Assembly: GCA_951406725.2 (NCBI GenBank)
Contig: OX597827.1
Span: 35,650,001 to 35,714,000 of the forward strand
Reading direction: 5' to 3'
Length of the DNA stretch: 64,000 nt
Source of the DNA: Octopus vulgaris
Lineage: Eukaryota
The notes beneath the pieces are model-generated. The model ran no database searches and had not been told where the DNA came from. It saw only the letters and a program-made list of their open reading frames with translations. A program made the position numbers and the translations under genes. Position 1 is the stretch's first letter; each line of letters starts with the position of its first letter. Of this stretch, positions 1-13,679 are shown piece after piece.

Positions 1-189
1 ATGTGTGTGTGTTGTCTGAATAAAAATTAGAGATCTCAGAATAATATAGGGTACAAAATATATCATTTAATGTTTCTTCTTCCAAGCTGGCATGGGTTGG
101 ACAGTTTGACAGGAATCAATGATCCAGAGGACTGCACTGAGCGCTAATGTCCACTTTAACATGGTTTTTCCAGCTGGGTGCATCGATTC

Positions 190-672
190 CTTTGGAGACC
201 AAGATCAATATTTTGGATTCTCTTCGTAAGGGCGAAAATGCAGCATTCTGCCTAAATGAAGCTATGTTAAGAACAATCAAAAAGAATGATGCTGCCATTA
301 TAAGATCTATAGCTTCTGGAACAAAATTATCTGCCAAGCCGTTGTCATATACAAAAGACATGATTCAAGAAAAAAATGGAGAAAGCTTTAATAATATGGA
401 TAGATAAAAACAGTCAAAAAAGGATACCAATAGATAGTAAAACCATAAAATGATTTCACAAAAAGATTAATGATCTAGAGTCATCAAGTGTGTTACATCT
501 GTCTAGTGGTAAAAATAAGAATTTGGAGGCCTTCTAGAATTGTATTTACAGATAGTGGAAGCACTTCATCATCACTACTAAGACTGCTGCTGAAGAATTT
601 CTTCCAAAACTAGCCAAAATAATTGAAGAAGGGGGTTACATTTCAGATCAAGTTTTCAATGCAGATGAAACA
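190..672 (+). mobile_element. Degraded Tigger/pogo-type transposase remnant
   Basis: ORF 147-407 resembles a psq/CENP-B HTH start (KINILDSLRKGE...LNEAMLRTIKKN). About 587-672 translates to AAEEFLPKLAKIIEEGGYISDQVFNADET, the pogo-family first catalytic motif. Frameshifted. Confidence 0.8.
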
Positions 673-1330
673 CATGGGGTGTGATGGATAAATTGTTGCC
701 ATTTTATATTTTTTTTATTTCACACATGCACACTGTTTCTTTTTGATTTTGTTGACTACACAGTATAGTAGGGTCACTTAGGTATTGTCTGTGAGAAAAA
801 CAGCTCTATGACACAATTCACTCTGCCAGAAATTTGGAAATGACATGTACTGCTTGGCATTCATGCCAGAAGTTCCAATATGAACATTTCAGATTGGGTG
901 TCAATTTGAGGATAGGGCTTGTACCAAGAGTGATAAAAATCAAACATCCAGTCAACATCATGATGTTTGGAGTGATCACTAGTGATGGCGAGGTTATGCC
1001 TGCATTCGTCTTCCCACATGGCCTCAGACACAACATAGAGGCCTTCATCGAGTGCCTGAAGGAGGTAGTGCTGCCCTACATCAAAAGGTTGGCTGCTGGA
1101 AGACCCTATGTCTGGAAACAGGACTCTGCACCATGCTACACAAGCAGGAAAACCCAGTCATGGCTGTCAGGCAATTTCCGTGACCACACACTCCTAACAT
1201 CTGGCTACTTAACTCCCCTGACTGCAAACTCCTTGATTATTTATGTGCAGAGTGCAGTTGAGGGAGAGACCAACAAAACTCCTTGTAACACCAAAGATGA
1301 ACTGAGAGCAAGGATTATGGCAGCATAATA
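673..1330 (+). mobile_element. Tc1/mariner (maT/DD37D-like) transposase remnant interrupting the Tigger copy
   Basis: ORF 834-1328 contains KHPVNIMMFGVITSDGEVMP...VVLPYIK...PYVWKQDSAPCYTSRKTQSWL, a typical QD.AP.H DDE-region motif. Confidence 0.8.
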
Positions 1331-1508
1331 ATAATCTGTCCAGTACCAGATCAATCCCAAAGTCTAATCAGTTCGTGTCAGTCATGAGGCCAAACATCCC
1401 TGAAAGTTTCATCTGAATCTATCTAGTGGTTCTTGAGACATTTTGTCCATGGACAAACAAATATGACTGAAAACTAAGGCGGAGGTAATGATAATAATAA
1501 TAATAATA

Positions 1509-1553
<45 letters not shown>

Positions 1554-2321
1554 ATTATAGTAAGGAACTTGTAGCTGAATCTATAGGGGAATTTCGAGAG
1601 AAAATTTAGCTTGGAAGCTAAACCTACAATTGAGAGGTCTTAAGGTAACTTACCAATGGTGGAGTCTTTAGTAAATAAGAAAGATGACAAGACTCTGATA
1701 TCTTCAGAGAAATGGCATTGCTTGATAAGCAAAGAAGGAGTAGGTATAAACTCCATATACTCTACCCAATGTATTATTATTATTATTATCATCATCATCA
1801 TCATCATCATTATTTCCACCATTCCCTAATAACCTCTTGTGCTACAGTCAATAGTTAATAATAAGTAAATATGTGTGCATGTGTGAAAATTCCATCTGGC
1901 CCATGTAAGCATGGAAAATTTGACTTTGTTGATGAGGAGGAGGATTTGTTTAACATTCATTTTTCCATGATGGTATTGGCTGGACAAAGTTTTATTGTTG
2001 AAGCATTATTTTACACCTGAATATAAATGCTTCTTGTTGCTAACCTTTACCTGTTTTTCAAGGAAGGGATTTTTATTCTGGATGAGCTATGAGGTAATTT
2101 TTTTAATTTTTTGACAGGGAATTCATCATCATGATCAAGTAATTTCATGCAAAGACTTCACAGAATATAAACACTGTCATAAATGTTGGCATAAGAATAC
2201 ACATATACACACTTGCATACACACACACACACTAACACACACACACACACACACACTTGCATACACACACACACACTCTCTCTCTTACTTATTAACATGC
2301 ACACATATATACTGTATATAT

Positions 2322-2472
2322 GGCAGATTTCCATAAAGTGTCCATCCTACCAAGTCCACTCACAAGACATTGGTCAACCCTGGGCTATAATAGAGGAAAC
2401 TTACCCAACATGTCATACAGTGGGACTGAATCTAAAATCATGTGGTTGTGAAGTATATTTTTTAACTGCACA
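2322..2472 (-). mobile_element. Degenerate tRNA-derived SINE, family 1 head
   Basis: Diverged match to ccactcacaaggctttgg...gggactgaacc seen in the copies at 4849, 24684 and 47326. Confidence 0.7.
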
Positions 2473-2728
2473 TATTTGTGCCCACATGTGTGTGTGTGTG
2501 TGTGTGTGTGTATGCAAGTGTGTGTGTGTGTGTATTTTTATGTCAATATTTATGACAATGTTTGTATTCTTTGCATGAAATTACTTGATCAGTTCCCTGT
2601 CAAAAAATTAAAAATTTTGTCAAAAAATACACTCCATGTTGTTGTTTCAGCCATTAACCTGTGTTGTTAGTTTCAAACGTTGAAATTAAATTAAGACCAA
2701 CTTTCAACTTTCCCTATTTCAGGATGAA

Positions 2729-3448
2729 ATGGAGAAAGCATTAAAGGAGAAAACATTCCAATGCCAGGTGTGTGATGAAACTTTTCCTGAATACAGAGAT
2801 CTTGAGAAACACGTTTCAGTTCATACCGAGGTAAAGCCATTTCGATGTGAGGTCTGTGGCCGAATTTTTGACCGTAGTTCTCATCTTCGGAATCATGTAA
2901 AGACTCATGTTAACAAAGAATCATTCCAGTGTGATATCTGCAACAAGACGTTTGCCTGCAGTTCTTGGTTGCAGAGGCATATGAGGAGTCATACAGGAGA
3001 GAAACCATTCCAGTGTGAGATTTGTGGTAAAAAATTTTCAAACAGCTCCCATCTACAGCGTCACATCAGAATTCATACAGGTGAGAGACCATTCCAATGT
3101 GAGATTTGCAGCAAAAATTTCTCAGACACTTCACACTTACAGAGGCATATGAAGACACATACTGACGTGAAGCCTTTCCAATGTGAGTTCTGTGGCAAAC
3201 ACTTTGCTGCCTCTGCCACTCTGAACATTCATGTCAAAAGACACATTGGGGGAAAACCATTTCAGTGCAACATTTGTGGCAAACATTTTGGACGTAACTT
3301 CCATTTGAAACGACACAAAGCCATTCACACAGACAAAATTTCCACAAACTGCGAAATATGTGGGAAACACTTCTTGTATAGTTCCAATCTTCAGGAACAC
3401 ATGAGGACTCACTTTAGTGAAAAACCTTTTCCATATGAAACATGGTAA
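2729..3448 (+). CDS. C2H2 zinc-finger protein exon with 8 tandem fingers; probably the last exon of a spliced gene
   Basis: Intact 239-aa ORF with 8 CX2CX12HX3H repeats and TGEKP/TGERP linkers. A polypyrimidine tract and AG acceptor lie at 2701-2722, and the following GAT GAA ATG is in frame. AATAAA near 3670 and 4022. Confidence 0.93.
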   Translation: MEKALKEKTFQCQVCDETFPEYRDLEKHVSVHTEVKPFRCEVCGRIFDRSSHLRNHVKTHVNKESFQCDICNKTFACSSWLQRHMRSHTGEKPFQCEICGKKFSNSSHLQRHIRIHTGERPFQCEICSKNFSDTSHLQRHMKTHTDVKPFQCEFCGKHFAASATLNIHVKRHIGGKPFQCNICGKHFGRNFHLKRHKAIHTDKISTNCEICGKHFLYSSNLQEHMRTHFSEKPFPYETW

Positions 3449-4848
3449 AACTCCCACAAAATCTCCCTCTTGACCAGTATAAAATTGACCATAACATATA
3501 TTCCAACAATGAGAGTCATTGTAAGAATGTGTGTGTGTTTTTTTTTTATTTACTTTAGTGGTGAGAGGTCTCTTTATATATATATATTGTGGTCTGTATA
3601 TTGCTAGAATTTTGTTCCAGGGAGAAATCTTCAAGTTCTTACAAAAAGAACTCCAACCCTCATAACAGAAATAAAGCAAAATAAATTAGCTTCAGCTCCA
3701 CTTGGAACTAGAGTTTCAGTGTTTCATCTGCCCTCTTTATCTGTAAATATATATAAAGACATCCTATTTGTAACGAGCCTGTCTTTAACTAAGGATTTAT
3801 GAAGATTCTGACCTAATAACAGACACAAAAAGTTATTATATAGTTTTGTATGTGATATTCTTGCTTTTGATCAACTTCCTGTATGTGTTTGTCAGGCAGG
3901 AGACACACAAGACTATCATCAAGGTTGGGATAGGACTTAGCATGACAATCACACAAGACCTCTCTTAATATTTGAATTTTTTTAAATTCATAAATCTGAG
4001 ATCAGAGGTACTAACTTGTAAAATAAATAAATAAATAAATTATATACAATAAAGTGAAATGAAGTAAAGCGTATCAACACTTCTGGCTGTAAAACTGAAA
4101 TTCTTAATGTAAACTAAGACTGGAAATTGTATTTTATCTGTTGCAAATCTTGAATAACCTCATATTAAAAGTTCACACCTTTCTAGGTTTGCCATGTCAC
4201 TGAATTGTCTCAAGTTACTTTTTACACCACACATTCTCTAGTTTTCTTCCTGTTTTCACTACTATCTATTTCACTATGTTGGGTAGGTATACATTTTCAG
4301 GTAATTGCTTGTGAATCATTTATTTTAAGTTAAAGTATTTTCTGCTACTAAATTTTCTTTGCAACACCACCAACTGAAGCAGACAGTGTAAAAGATATCA
4401 TTTTATGATTAAAACTAGACAAGTTATAATCAATGCCTGATGAACCCATAGAATTATTTCCTCCTGGATTGGTTTCCAGTGTATCGCAGTGTATGATTCG
4501 ACATATAGAACCACTTAAACCTTGTAGTATTGAATGTACCACACAGATAATAAAATACCTACAGTTGATCTTAAAATAAAACTCTGAGTATACTGTCCAA
4601 TATCACGGCCACTCTGCAAATTAGGTTTGTTTTTCAATTAAGAAATTATTAATGGTTAATTCAAAAACCATTTGATTGTTCTGCAAAGCAGTTTGTTTGA
4701 TAAAGTAGGATGCTTTCTCTTTACATTTGCTGCACAAACATCTTACTCCTATGACAAGCAGTACATTAATATTTATTTATTTAGGTGAATGTAGGCATAT
4801 TGTTTGAAGTTAGGCCCTATTAAGTTGTTTCAGAGAAGATGAAGTGGT

Positions 4849-5201
4849 GCCATGCTGGGGCACCACCTCAGAAAATATTTTAGTCGAATGAGTCAACCCT
4901 AGTACTTATTGTTTTGAAGCCTGGTACTTATTCTATCTGTCTCTTTGCCAAGCTGCTAAATTACAAGGACATAACACACCAGCACTGGTTGTAAAGCAGT
5001 AGTAGGGGACAAAGACACAGACACACACATACATATATATGATGGGCTTCTTTCAGTTTCCATCTACCAAATCCACTCACAAGGCTTTGGTTGGCCCAAG
5101 GCTATAGTAGAAGACACTTTCCCAAGGTGCCTTGCTATGGGACTGAACCCAGAACCATGTGGTTGGGAAGCAAATTTCTTACCACACAGCTATGCCTGCA
5201 C
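4849..5201 (-). mobile_element. tRNA-derived SINE family 1, near full length
   Basis: Reverse complement has A/B boxes (tagctgtgtgg, ggttcagtccc), the shared body, a microsatellite spacer and the 3' module ending ccccagcatggc. Confidence 0.85.
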
Positions 5202-5759
5202 TTATAGCTTTTTACCACATGTCCATGCCTGTACCTATATGATTATATAATTTTAAATGAAATGTCCATACGATGTTACTTTAGTTGTGCATTAACCAAC
5301 TTTGACATTAATCTCAGCAGCATTCCACTTTTTTATACCTACTTAACAAACTTTTCCCCTACCCAACTGTCCATTTTTTTTCTGTTTTAAAATACCTAGC
5401 TTAAAGGAAAAGGTTTACTCAACCCATACTCATTGCAGGGCCCTTCTAGACATGTGAGGTGAACATGGCTGATGTTGTTCTTGAATGTCTATAACTTAAT
5501 GACTGTTGGAAAAAATGTGAGCAATGACAGAACACCATATGATGTTCTGGGTTAGAAGAAATAAGTAAAGATGTGTTGTAGTTCAAGTGTTTGTTTTTTG
5601 TTTACATGACTTTTTCATCAATTTGTGGCTGGGAAAATGTTTTTAAAAGTTGATTGTTTTGTTGTGCTGATGGAGTTGATGTTGGTGCTGATGATTTTGT
5701 AATGGATTTTATATTTTATCGTCATGTCTTATCACCTTCAGTTGGGGGCAACCTCTGTT

Positions 5760-6560
5760 TATGTTTCATTCTTCCTCTTACCCACAACAAAGGCCTTTTG
5801 AGGTGACTTCAACATACCTTCATCTCCTGATAAGGCCTTTGGTACAATGAGGCCTGAGTCAAAAGAAACAGACAAATGTTGTGTTTGTTTTAGTGTCTTC
5901 GCCAACTTTATGAGGGACAGATACTCTCTCTGGAGTTAGTAGCAACAGTGGAAATTGTTGTGCTTTCTCCACTGGAGCAGAAACCTTTGAGGTGGATTGA
6001 ATTCTCACACATGAAACATTTGGATTTTTGCCCTCTATTAACATTGACATCTGCTTGCATTTTCCGAAACTGAAAAATCGGGAATGCTACTGAATTCTTC
6101 AAGAGCAACCAGTATCTGGAATTCCATAAGAATTCCAGTCCTGTTGAGTTTAATGGGAATGGACATCCTCTCCACAATCTCACCATACCCCTCCAAAATG
6201 GCTAAAACTCTTGCCAGATTTCTATGAGCCGGCACATGCTCGACATGAATTCAAGTCAACCTCGTACCCACATAATGGGGAATCCTTATAAAGGACTGGG
6301 AAGTGCATGCAATTGTTGTCATTCTTCTGGTTTCTTGTCCGTTGATGCATATGACAGCTACCATCCCATAATGTTTCCCTTTATATACGTGTAACACTGA
6401 GGGCCACACACCTTCAAAGAATTTTTCAGTTTCTACCGGAATAGGAAAGTTAAGTCTCTTCTTGGGAGAAACACACTTATTGATTATTGTTTGCCATTCA
6501 GAGTTTGTTTTTTTCACTCCTCACTGACATAACTTCAGAGCTTTATCTTGATGACTGTTG
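5760..6560 (-). pseudogene. Decayed LINE ORF1/gag-like remnant with CCHC zinc knuckle
   Basis: ORF 5908-6186 contains GQKSKCFMCENSIHLKGFC (CX2CX4HX4C). Adjacent frames continue as fragments broken by stops. Confidence 0.55.
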
Positions 6561-6899
6561 TAAAGGATGTTAGCTCTAGAGTTCTGGATGACTGTTTTGG
6601 ACTATACGTTATTGGTTTTTTTAGTATTCCGAGAGTTTCACACATTTTAGGGCTATCCAGGTTTGTAGGGTGAGAGAGTTTGTTATTTTGTTTGTGTATG
6701 TGAGACTGTATATGTGTGTGTGCATGTATGCATGTATCTGTGTTTTATTCATTTTGAAGGTATTTGAGAATTTGGTGTTAGAGAGTAGGAGAATCTAACC
6801 TTGTACTTATTAAAAGTGCAATGTTACTGCAGTTAGGAGAAAAGTCTCTCCTTAATATGGTAAAGTAAACTTTAGATATATTTGTCTAAAGGCTAGTAT

Positions 6900-8184
6900 G
6901 CTAAAGCAAGTTACATGCAATTTTGGAAATTTCTTTCAATCTAGGTTTCCCGATTTTTCTCCACGTATCTGCGTTAATTATGGTGATATCACTACCCATA
7001 TTCAATTGTAGCTTGATATTCACATTATTCATATTTATGAATACAAATTTTCTTTTCTGAGCCTCGCTTAGATTTTTTGTTGACAATGCTTTCTTGCCAG
7101 AATTTTTTGGCTCAATCTTTTTTTTTTTTTCGCTCAACAATGTGAGCTTTTATGTCCGATTTTTCCACACTCAAAACATTTTAGATTTTTAAAAGGACGT
7201 TTATATTTAAAATATAAGCCACTTTTTTTACCATATCCACCACAGGCCGACACGCACGAACACGAGACCAACCCAGCTCCTCAATTTCATCTGCATCAAC
7301 TGACATTCCTCTGCCACCGCCTGTAGAGTTAATTTTTGGTCCTATCCTAATCCAGGAATGCATGTCTGCATTTTTGCTTGAACAAAAATTAGACATTTGA
7401 ACATGTCCAGGGTGAATTCATTTAATTTGAATTTTTCACATTCTCTGTTTACCACTCCAACATAGATAACGAAATCTTCATCATCTTTTTTTTTTATCAA
7501 ATTTAAACATTGCAATGAGTATTGAATTGAGAATTCCTTTCACTGAAAATTTTCGCTAAAATGTTAATTGTTTCATCGAAACAAATCTCACCTGGTGTCT
7601 TCGGCAGAATATAATTACAATATTTTTCGTGTTCACTGGGGATAACTTTCTTAAAAGTAGTTTCATTTTGTCTCGTCAATCCAATTGCTACATTTTTCTT
7701 TAAAGATTTCTTCGTATCTTCGAAAATATGCAGAGAAAGTAATACCTTCTACTGGATTATAAACGAACTTTCCAATCGAGTTAGCCCCGGCGTCCTGTGT
7801 GAACAACCCTGATGTACTTTCAGCCTTTTCAACATTAACTCCAGCAACTGTTGCTGCTGTTGTCGTTGTTGATGCAACTGCTGTTGCAAATACACCACAC
7901 GGGCCAATAATTCCTCCATGTTAACGATTTTTTTCTTTGGTTTCGTATCAAAAAAATTTGACCGTCGGACGCAAGCTTGGAATATCTCGTTGCCACTTTT
8001 ATATCCTTAAAATTTATGATTTTAACGAAGCCTAAGAAACAATGTATTCACAAACGTAACTTCCGACTACCAACACGCGAGATTCCAACACCTTCCTACC
8101 TCAACAAGACACGTCACTCTTTATAAGAGTTCGACAAGTCCACCTTTTAATCACACAGGGGTATTAATGTCTATCACCACAACA
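6900..8184 (-). mobile_element. Ty3/Gypsy LTR retrotransposon 5' remnant (LTR, PBS, gag, protease)
   Basis: Minus strand starts TGTTGTG at 8184. PBS-like TGGCAACGAG at 7995-7986. Gag-like FSAYFRRYEEIF...FKCLIFVQ, knuckle KCFECGKIGHKSSHC (about 7137-7181), and protease-like IKLQLNMGSDITII. Confidence 0.85.
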
Positions 8185-9169
8185 AATACTCAGAGTTATT
8201 ATTAAATATTTCTGTTAGAGGAGAGTTTGGATAATCTAAGAAAAATATCCTTTATAAGCTTAGATTTTGGATGATTAGGAATTTTGTCTAAATAGTTTCA
8301 TTTAAACTAGACTAAGCTTTTTCAAACTGAAGATATGACATTGATATCCTCTTTACTTATATGTACTATTTTGAAGCGAATATCAAGATTTTGTTCAGCA
8401 AAGTAGGTGGTATCGAAGCGTAAACTACCGATATCAAATTGTACGAAGGGTGTACGTTTTTTGTTGCTGTTTTCTGTTTCTTAGGTGTGGGGGTTCTAAA
8501 CCAACTGAGTATTTCTATAGTATTTTCCCATAATGATAGCTCAGTTATGTGTGTATATAAGTATGTATGGATGCATGTATGTATATATGTGCGTGTGTTT
8601 GTATACATATATGCACCCGTGTGTGTATGTGACGCGCGCGATTGTGTCTGTGTATGATTGTATATGTATTACATGATCACAGCCTACTGTACTCAATTAT
8701 TTGCAAACTCAATTATTTGAGTAATTTACGATAAACAAAATACGAAATAAATATATATTAGACAATATATAAAGGATTCCACACTCAAATTCAACATTAT
8801 CAATCCCAACCTCCTCATTGTCAGACTCAATTTCATTATTTTCAATCTTGATTACCTTGTTGTCACATTAACTGTCGCCATTACAGAACGAAGCGAGTTT
8901 TCTCTTACAGGCATTGACATCGGTAACTATTTGTCGCAGAACTGTAAAAGAATGTAAACATAAAAAATTTTGTAAAGAGTTACAAGTTTTGTATAGCACT
9001 AAGAATTGTCGCAATAACGTAAATATACATAGATATATTTAATACATTAGATGAAAAATGCCACAGAATCTCCCGGAACTTGACACCAATATCTAAGCGT
9101 TATCTAAGCTTAATAAGATTATCTATGAAGGAAAACAACAAATATCAATGTAAGTAATCTCTTTTACAA

Positions 9170-9399
9170 GGCGGCAAGCTAGCAGAAACGTTAGCGCGCC
9201 GGGCGAAATGCGTAGCCGTATTTCGTCTGTCGTTACGTTCTGAGTTCAAATTCCGCCGAGGTCGACTTTGCCTTTCATCCTCTCGGGGTCGATAAATAAA
9301 GTACCAGTTTCGCACTGGGGTCGATGTAATCGACTCAATCCCTTTGTCTGTCCTTGTTTGTCCCCTCTATGTTTAGCCCCTTGTGGGTAGTAAAGAAAT
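9170..9399 (+). mobile_element. tRNA-derived SINE family 2 with 20-bp target-site duplication
   Basis: Head ggcggcaagctagcagaa...gagttcaaattcc and core gactttgcctttcatcc...gtcgataaa. atatcaatgtaagtaatctc occurs at both 9142-9161 and 9400-9419. Confidence 0.9.
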
Positions 9400-10679
9400 A
9401 TATCAATGTAAGTAATCTCCACAAACCATGATTCCACAAACACTTTCCATTTTATTAGAATGAAGGACAACTCATAATAACGTGACTAATATGTAAAACA
9501 ATTCAGAAAAAAAGGATAAAAAATATGTATTCACATCATCAGCTGCCAAACAGATATCACCATGGTTTCGACACCTGGACAATACCATTCACTCCGGCGG
9601 TGTCAACCACATTGAAAACATAAACGCTGCCTGGGAATCAATAGTTATCTGCATTATTAATTAAAAGTAAAATGTAAGAAATAAATAAAAAGGGAATTAA
9701 ATTAAATTTTAAGAGTTAATATAAAAACAATAAAGACAGTAGAAACTACCGAACTAAAACAAATAACTTATAACATGTCCTAACTACAAAGATTGATTAA
9801 ATCCGATTAATTAAACAGCTGACGTCTTCATTACCCAGAAACAACTCAAACTACATTTAAGTTATAGAATAAAGAAATATATAAAGAGTTTGAATTTACA
9901 TCTAAGAATTATAAACATTGAAAACTACAAAAACAAGCATATCCTAGCAAAATTATTCTACATATAACAAAACCTCACGTGCTGCAGAGAAATTGACGGG
10001 AACTATACCTAGGTCTTAATTCCTTGCTGCCAAAAAAGATCGTTATATGTCAACTGGCGATAGTCAATCTCAACTAGCCAACTATAGTGAAAGACAGCTA
10101 GTCAACGGAAGTGACGTTGTACATAATACTGGATGACAACCAACTCTTACACAGTTACTTAACCCTACTTAACGCTGCATAGGAATCGATAGTTATCTGG
10201 AGGAGCGAAACATTAGACCCAGCTGCAAACCGGAGATTAGTTCATATTTTCTCAGAATTTCACCATGTTTCGTTAAGCAACGATTTAACCAAATCTTTTA
10301 TTATTGTGACCTTTTTAACCTTATCCAAAAACATTCAAACTTTATTTAGTATCTTAACGTATCTGATAATCTGACTGGAAAACACGTTATAACTTATCCA
10401 AAGAGGAATTCTACTATCCGTCCAAGGCAGCGATGAAATGCGTAAATTAAAACAATCAGTTTTATTATAAATACTAACCACGATCTAACAGCCTCCATTA
10501 ACTTCTTTAATAGTTAACGTCATTTATAGAGTCATCATTTCATGTCGCTTCGAGATCCATAGGATATATTTTTTCTAGCAAAAATTCAAATACTTGTAAT
10601 TAGGAATAAAACTGTCATAGATATATCTGCAGCATACACTGAGTTTAATAACTAAATGGGCATACTTAACAAACAGCCT

Positions 10680-10705
10680 CTGGCAACGCCGGGTACGACT
10701 GCTAG
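10680..10705 (+). mobile_element. Helitron 3' terminus
   Basis: gcaacgccggg followed by CTAG|T; the same motif ends the Helitron at 53065 on the minus strand. Confidence 0.6.
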
Positions 10706-10707
10706 TA

Positions 10708-11416
10708 TACATAAAATACAGAAGGTAAAAATATATATACGAGTAAAATACAAATATATAGAAATAAACGACTAAAAATTCATAAAAATTGTAAAGCGTG
10801 TCATGCTACTAAAAAAACTACAAATATATAGAAATAAACGACTAAAAATTCATAAAAATTGTAAAGCGTGTCATGCTACTAAAAAAACTAAATATACTAA
10901 GATAAAATAAAATATCAATCGACTAAATTTTTTCAACTCCCCTCACACAAGAGTATCTCCAAAAAGTTCAATTCTTAAAAACCATGGTAGGTTAGAGTCC
11001 AATGAGCACAAAGAGTTCCACAAAATCAATTCAAACAAACCTATGGCCATTTTGGGAGCTCGTTGCCGCGGTTCGATTACATTTAAAGTGCATCTCTGCA
11101 ATGACCCCCTCATCCGGATGAAACACGCACAGAAAAAAACTATTAAAAAAAAAACTAAAAAAAAGGAAAAAATAGTTTTAAGAATTGAACTTTTCGGACG
11201 TTTTCTTGTATGAGGGGAGTTAAAAAAAACTTTTTAAAAATATTTTTAGTCGATTGATATTTTACTTTATCTTAGTTTATTTAGTTTTTTTAGTAGCATG
11301 ACTCACTATAGAATTTTTATGGATTTTTAATCGTTTATATTTACCCTTTTGATAGGCAGTTCTATATGTTTGTATTTTACTCGCATATATATTTTTACCT
11401 TCCGCGTTTTTATGTA
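10708..11416. repeat. Long imperfect inverted repeat (fold-back)
   Basis: 10708-10980 is reverse-complementary to 11176-11416. The left arm carries a ~70-bp tandem duplication (10749-10890). Confidence 0.85.
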
Positions 11417-11628
11417 AATGCATATTTTTATATGTTTAAGAACCATGGTAATATTTATATATTATCAAATATTTGAGGTAAGGTGTTATATATAAAGCCA
11501 TTGACTCGAATTTGATGTTTGTTCTATGATCATGTTTCTTTATCTTTGTCTCATTTACATTTGAACACTTCTTTTTTACAGTCCTATAGACCCTTTTGTT
11601 TCCATAAAAAGAGACAAAAATAATTTCT

Positions 11629-11692
<64 letters not shown>

Positions 11693-11806
11693 AAAATGTG
11701 TTGTTGAAAGCACCTGAATTTCAAAAACTCGTAAATGCTTAAAATACATTTATTTACATATACACCAAACAAGTTTCAACAATATTTTTGTTTATCAATG
11801 GTAAAA

Positions 11807-11899
11807 GTTTCAATGTTGACAAATTAAAATGTTTCAATCTTGACAAACTAAAATGTTTCAAAGTTGACAAATTAAAATGTTTCAATGTTGATAAATTAA
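11807..11899. repeat. 24-bp minisatellite x4
   Basis: Unit tttcaatgttgacaaattaaaatg repeated with small variants. Confidence 0.85.
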
Positions 11900-12065
11900 C
11901 ATATTTTAAACAGGTGTAAGTTTGAATGTTCATAGCAGTCAATAAAATTAAAACTGTATAGCAATTTGTTTGGATGTAGAAAGTTCATTAATTTTAGTGG
12001 TGGTCGACAAGTCATACTGAAAAGACAAGGGTGAAATGAAAATATTGTTGAAACTAGTTTGGTAT

Positions 12066-12215
12066 ATCTGTATATATAAAGCTGAAGTTGTCTGTGTGTG
12101 TGTGTGTGGCATGTTTGGTAGCCTTCAACTAACACTATCTCCTCCGAGACCCTGCGGCACAAGTTGACCAAAATTGAGAGTATGATAGAAGAAGGCTTGC
12201 TCTTCATTCAATCGG
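12066..12215 (+). mobile_element. Non-autonomous Helitron-like 5' end
   Basis: tctgtatatataaagctgaagttgtctgtgtgtg: the TC..TATATAAA plus (TG)n start typical of non-autonomous Helitrons. Confidence 0.5.
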
Positions 12216-12853
12216 GCCATCTTAAGACCAAAAGTTATTTACATCAACAAGGTGCTTTTTTTTCTATGAAAATCCCTATTTTCTACGATTTTTTTTTACT
12301 GCTGTGTCGCCATTTTTCGGTGTATTTCAACCAGAAAAATGTTCACTTGAAGAGAATAACAAGCTACATAATGCAAAACTTTTACTTTTCAAAAATTTCA
12401 ATTCTAAAGGGTCGAAAAGAACTTTTTTGTGGTGTCATTGGTTTTAAGCGAACGACGGATCAGCTGATCCAGTGCAGAGAAGTAATGTTCGCTGCATGAA
12501 TGCACTAATTTTCAAGGTGCATGAATGCGCCTTGAATGCTGCATGAAAGCACTAATTTTCAACTGCTACAGCGCTGAGTACAATTCAGCAATTTCAATCG
12601 ATTTTGTGTGAGAAAAAATTAATTGTATTTGCGTAAAACAGAACATTTTGCTTAGTCATTTGGACTGCACTGCCATTGTATGCTACCACACATTATAGCT
12701 GCTGTGAGCATTATACTTTGTAAGTTTTTTCCTAAAATTTTTTTAAAGATACCAACTTAACTATGGCTGTCTAAAAAATTATCTTTGGTACTATACAAGA
12801 ACTGTTTACCTTCCTTTATGGATTTCGAACTGAGACATTCTTTCTTAATAACA

Positions 12854-12935
<82 letters not shown>

Positions 12936-13679
12936 ATGGCATGCAAACCTTCCTTGCAACCTTCTCCAATGCAGATCTTCGATGTAGATCTCCTAGGCAA
13001 CCTTCTCCAGTACATATCTTCGATGCAACCTTGACCGATAGTACCCCTAGGAGGGGATAGAACTGGATCGGGATTAGTCGCTGCCTTTTAGAGGCTCCCA
13101 AGTCCCCTTTCGCTTGGTTAGCTTAGGTTTAGGTTAAGGCTTAGTTGTGATCCGAAGATAACCTCTTCTGACACAGATCATTTGGAGCCCTTTTGGGCAT
13201 TGTATTTTCTTTGCCGGAAGAGCTCATAACCCATGGGCCAAGGGGTATTAGATGATGGAGTTGGTGGTTTCGAAAGGGCTGGCATGTACAACCTGATCAC
13301 CTCTGCCAGTCAAGCTCCCAACCCATGCGTTCCCGTTGCGACACTGATTCTGCAGAACTGGATTGCGTGTGAAAACCAACTTTAAAGTATAAATAAACAT
13401 TCTTTGAATCAGATATGTTGTGTTCAGTTAAGTCCTATTTGGGCTGAAAAATCAATAAACTGATTCCTTATGGGGTTTTCCGTTCAATCATGATGAAAAA
13501 TTGATAAAACGATTACTTATAGGATTTCCCACTAAAATTGGCTACACCCCATTTTCAACCATAACTTTTACCGAATTTTGTTTACAATAATGTTTTCTTT
13601 TGACACATTCTACCAGTATACGAAGTTTCAAATTGTTTAGTTAACTAGGAAAATCTGGCCTTCAAAATGAATAGATCCT

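Noticed and set aside
3137-3679. 180-aa antisense ORF over the zinc-finger exon
   Set aside because: Shadow ORF of a repetitive coding strand with no recognisable motif.
4438-4444. Isolated CTGATGA matches (also about 5688, 15369, 42203, 63230)
   Set aside because: No stem II/GAAA/stem III/NUH arrangement follows; expected by chance.
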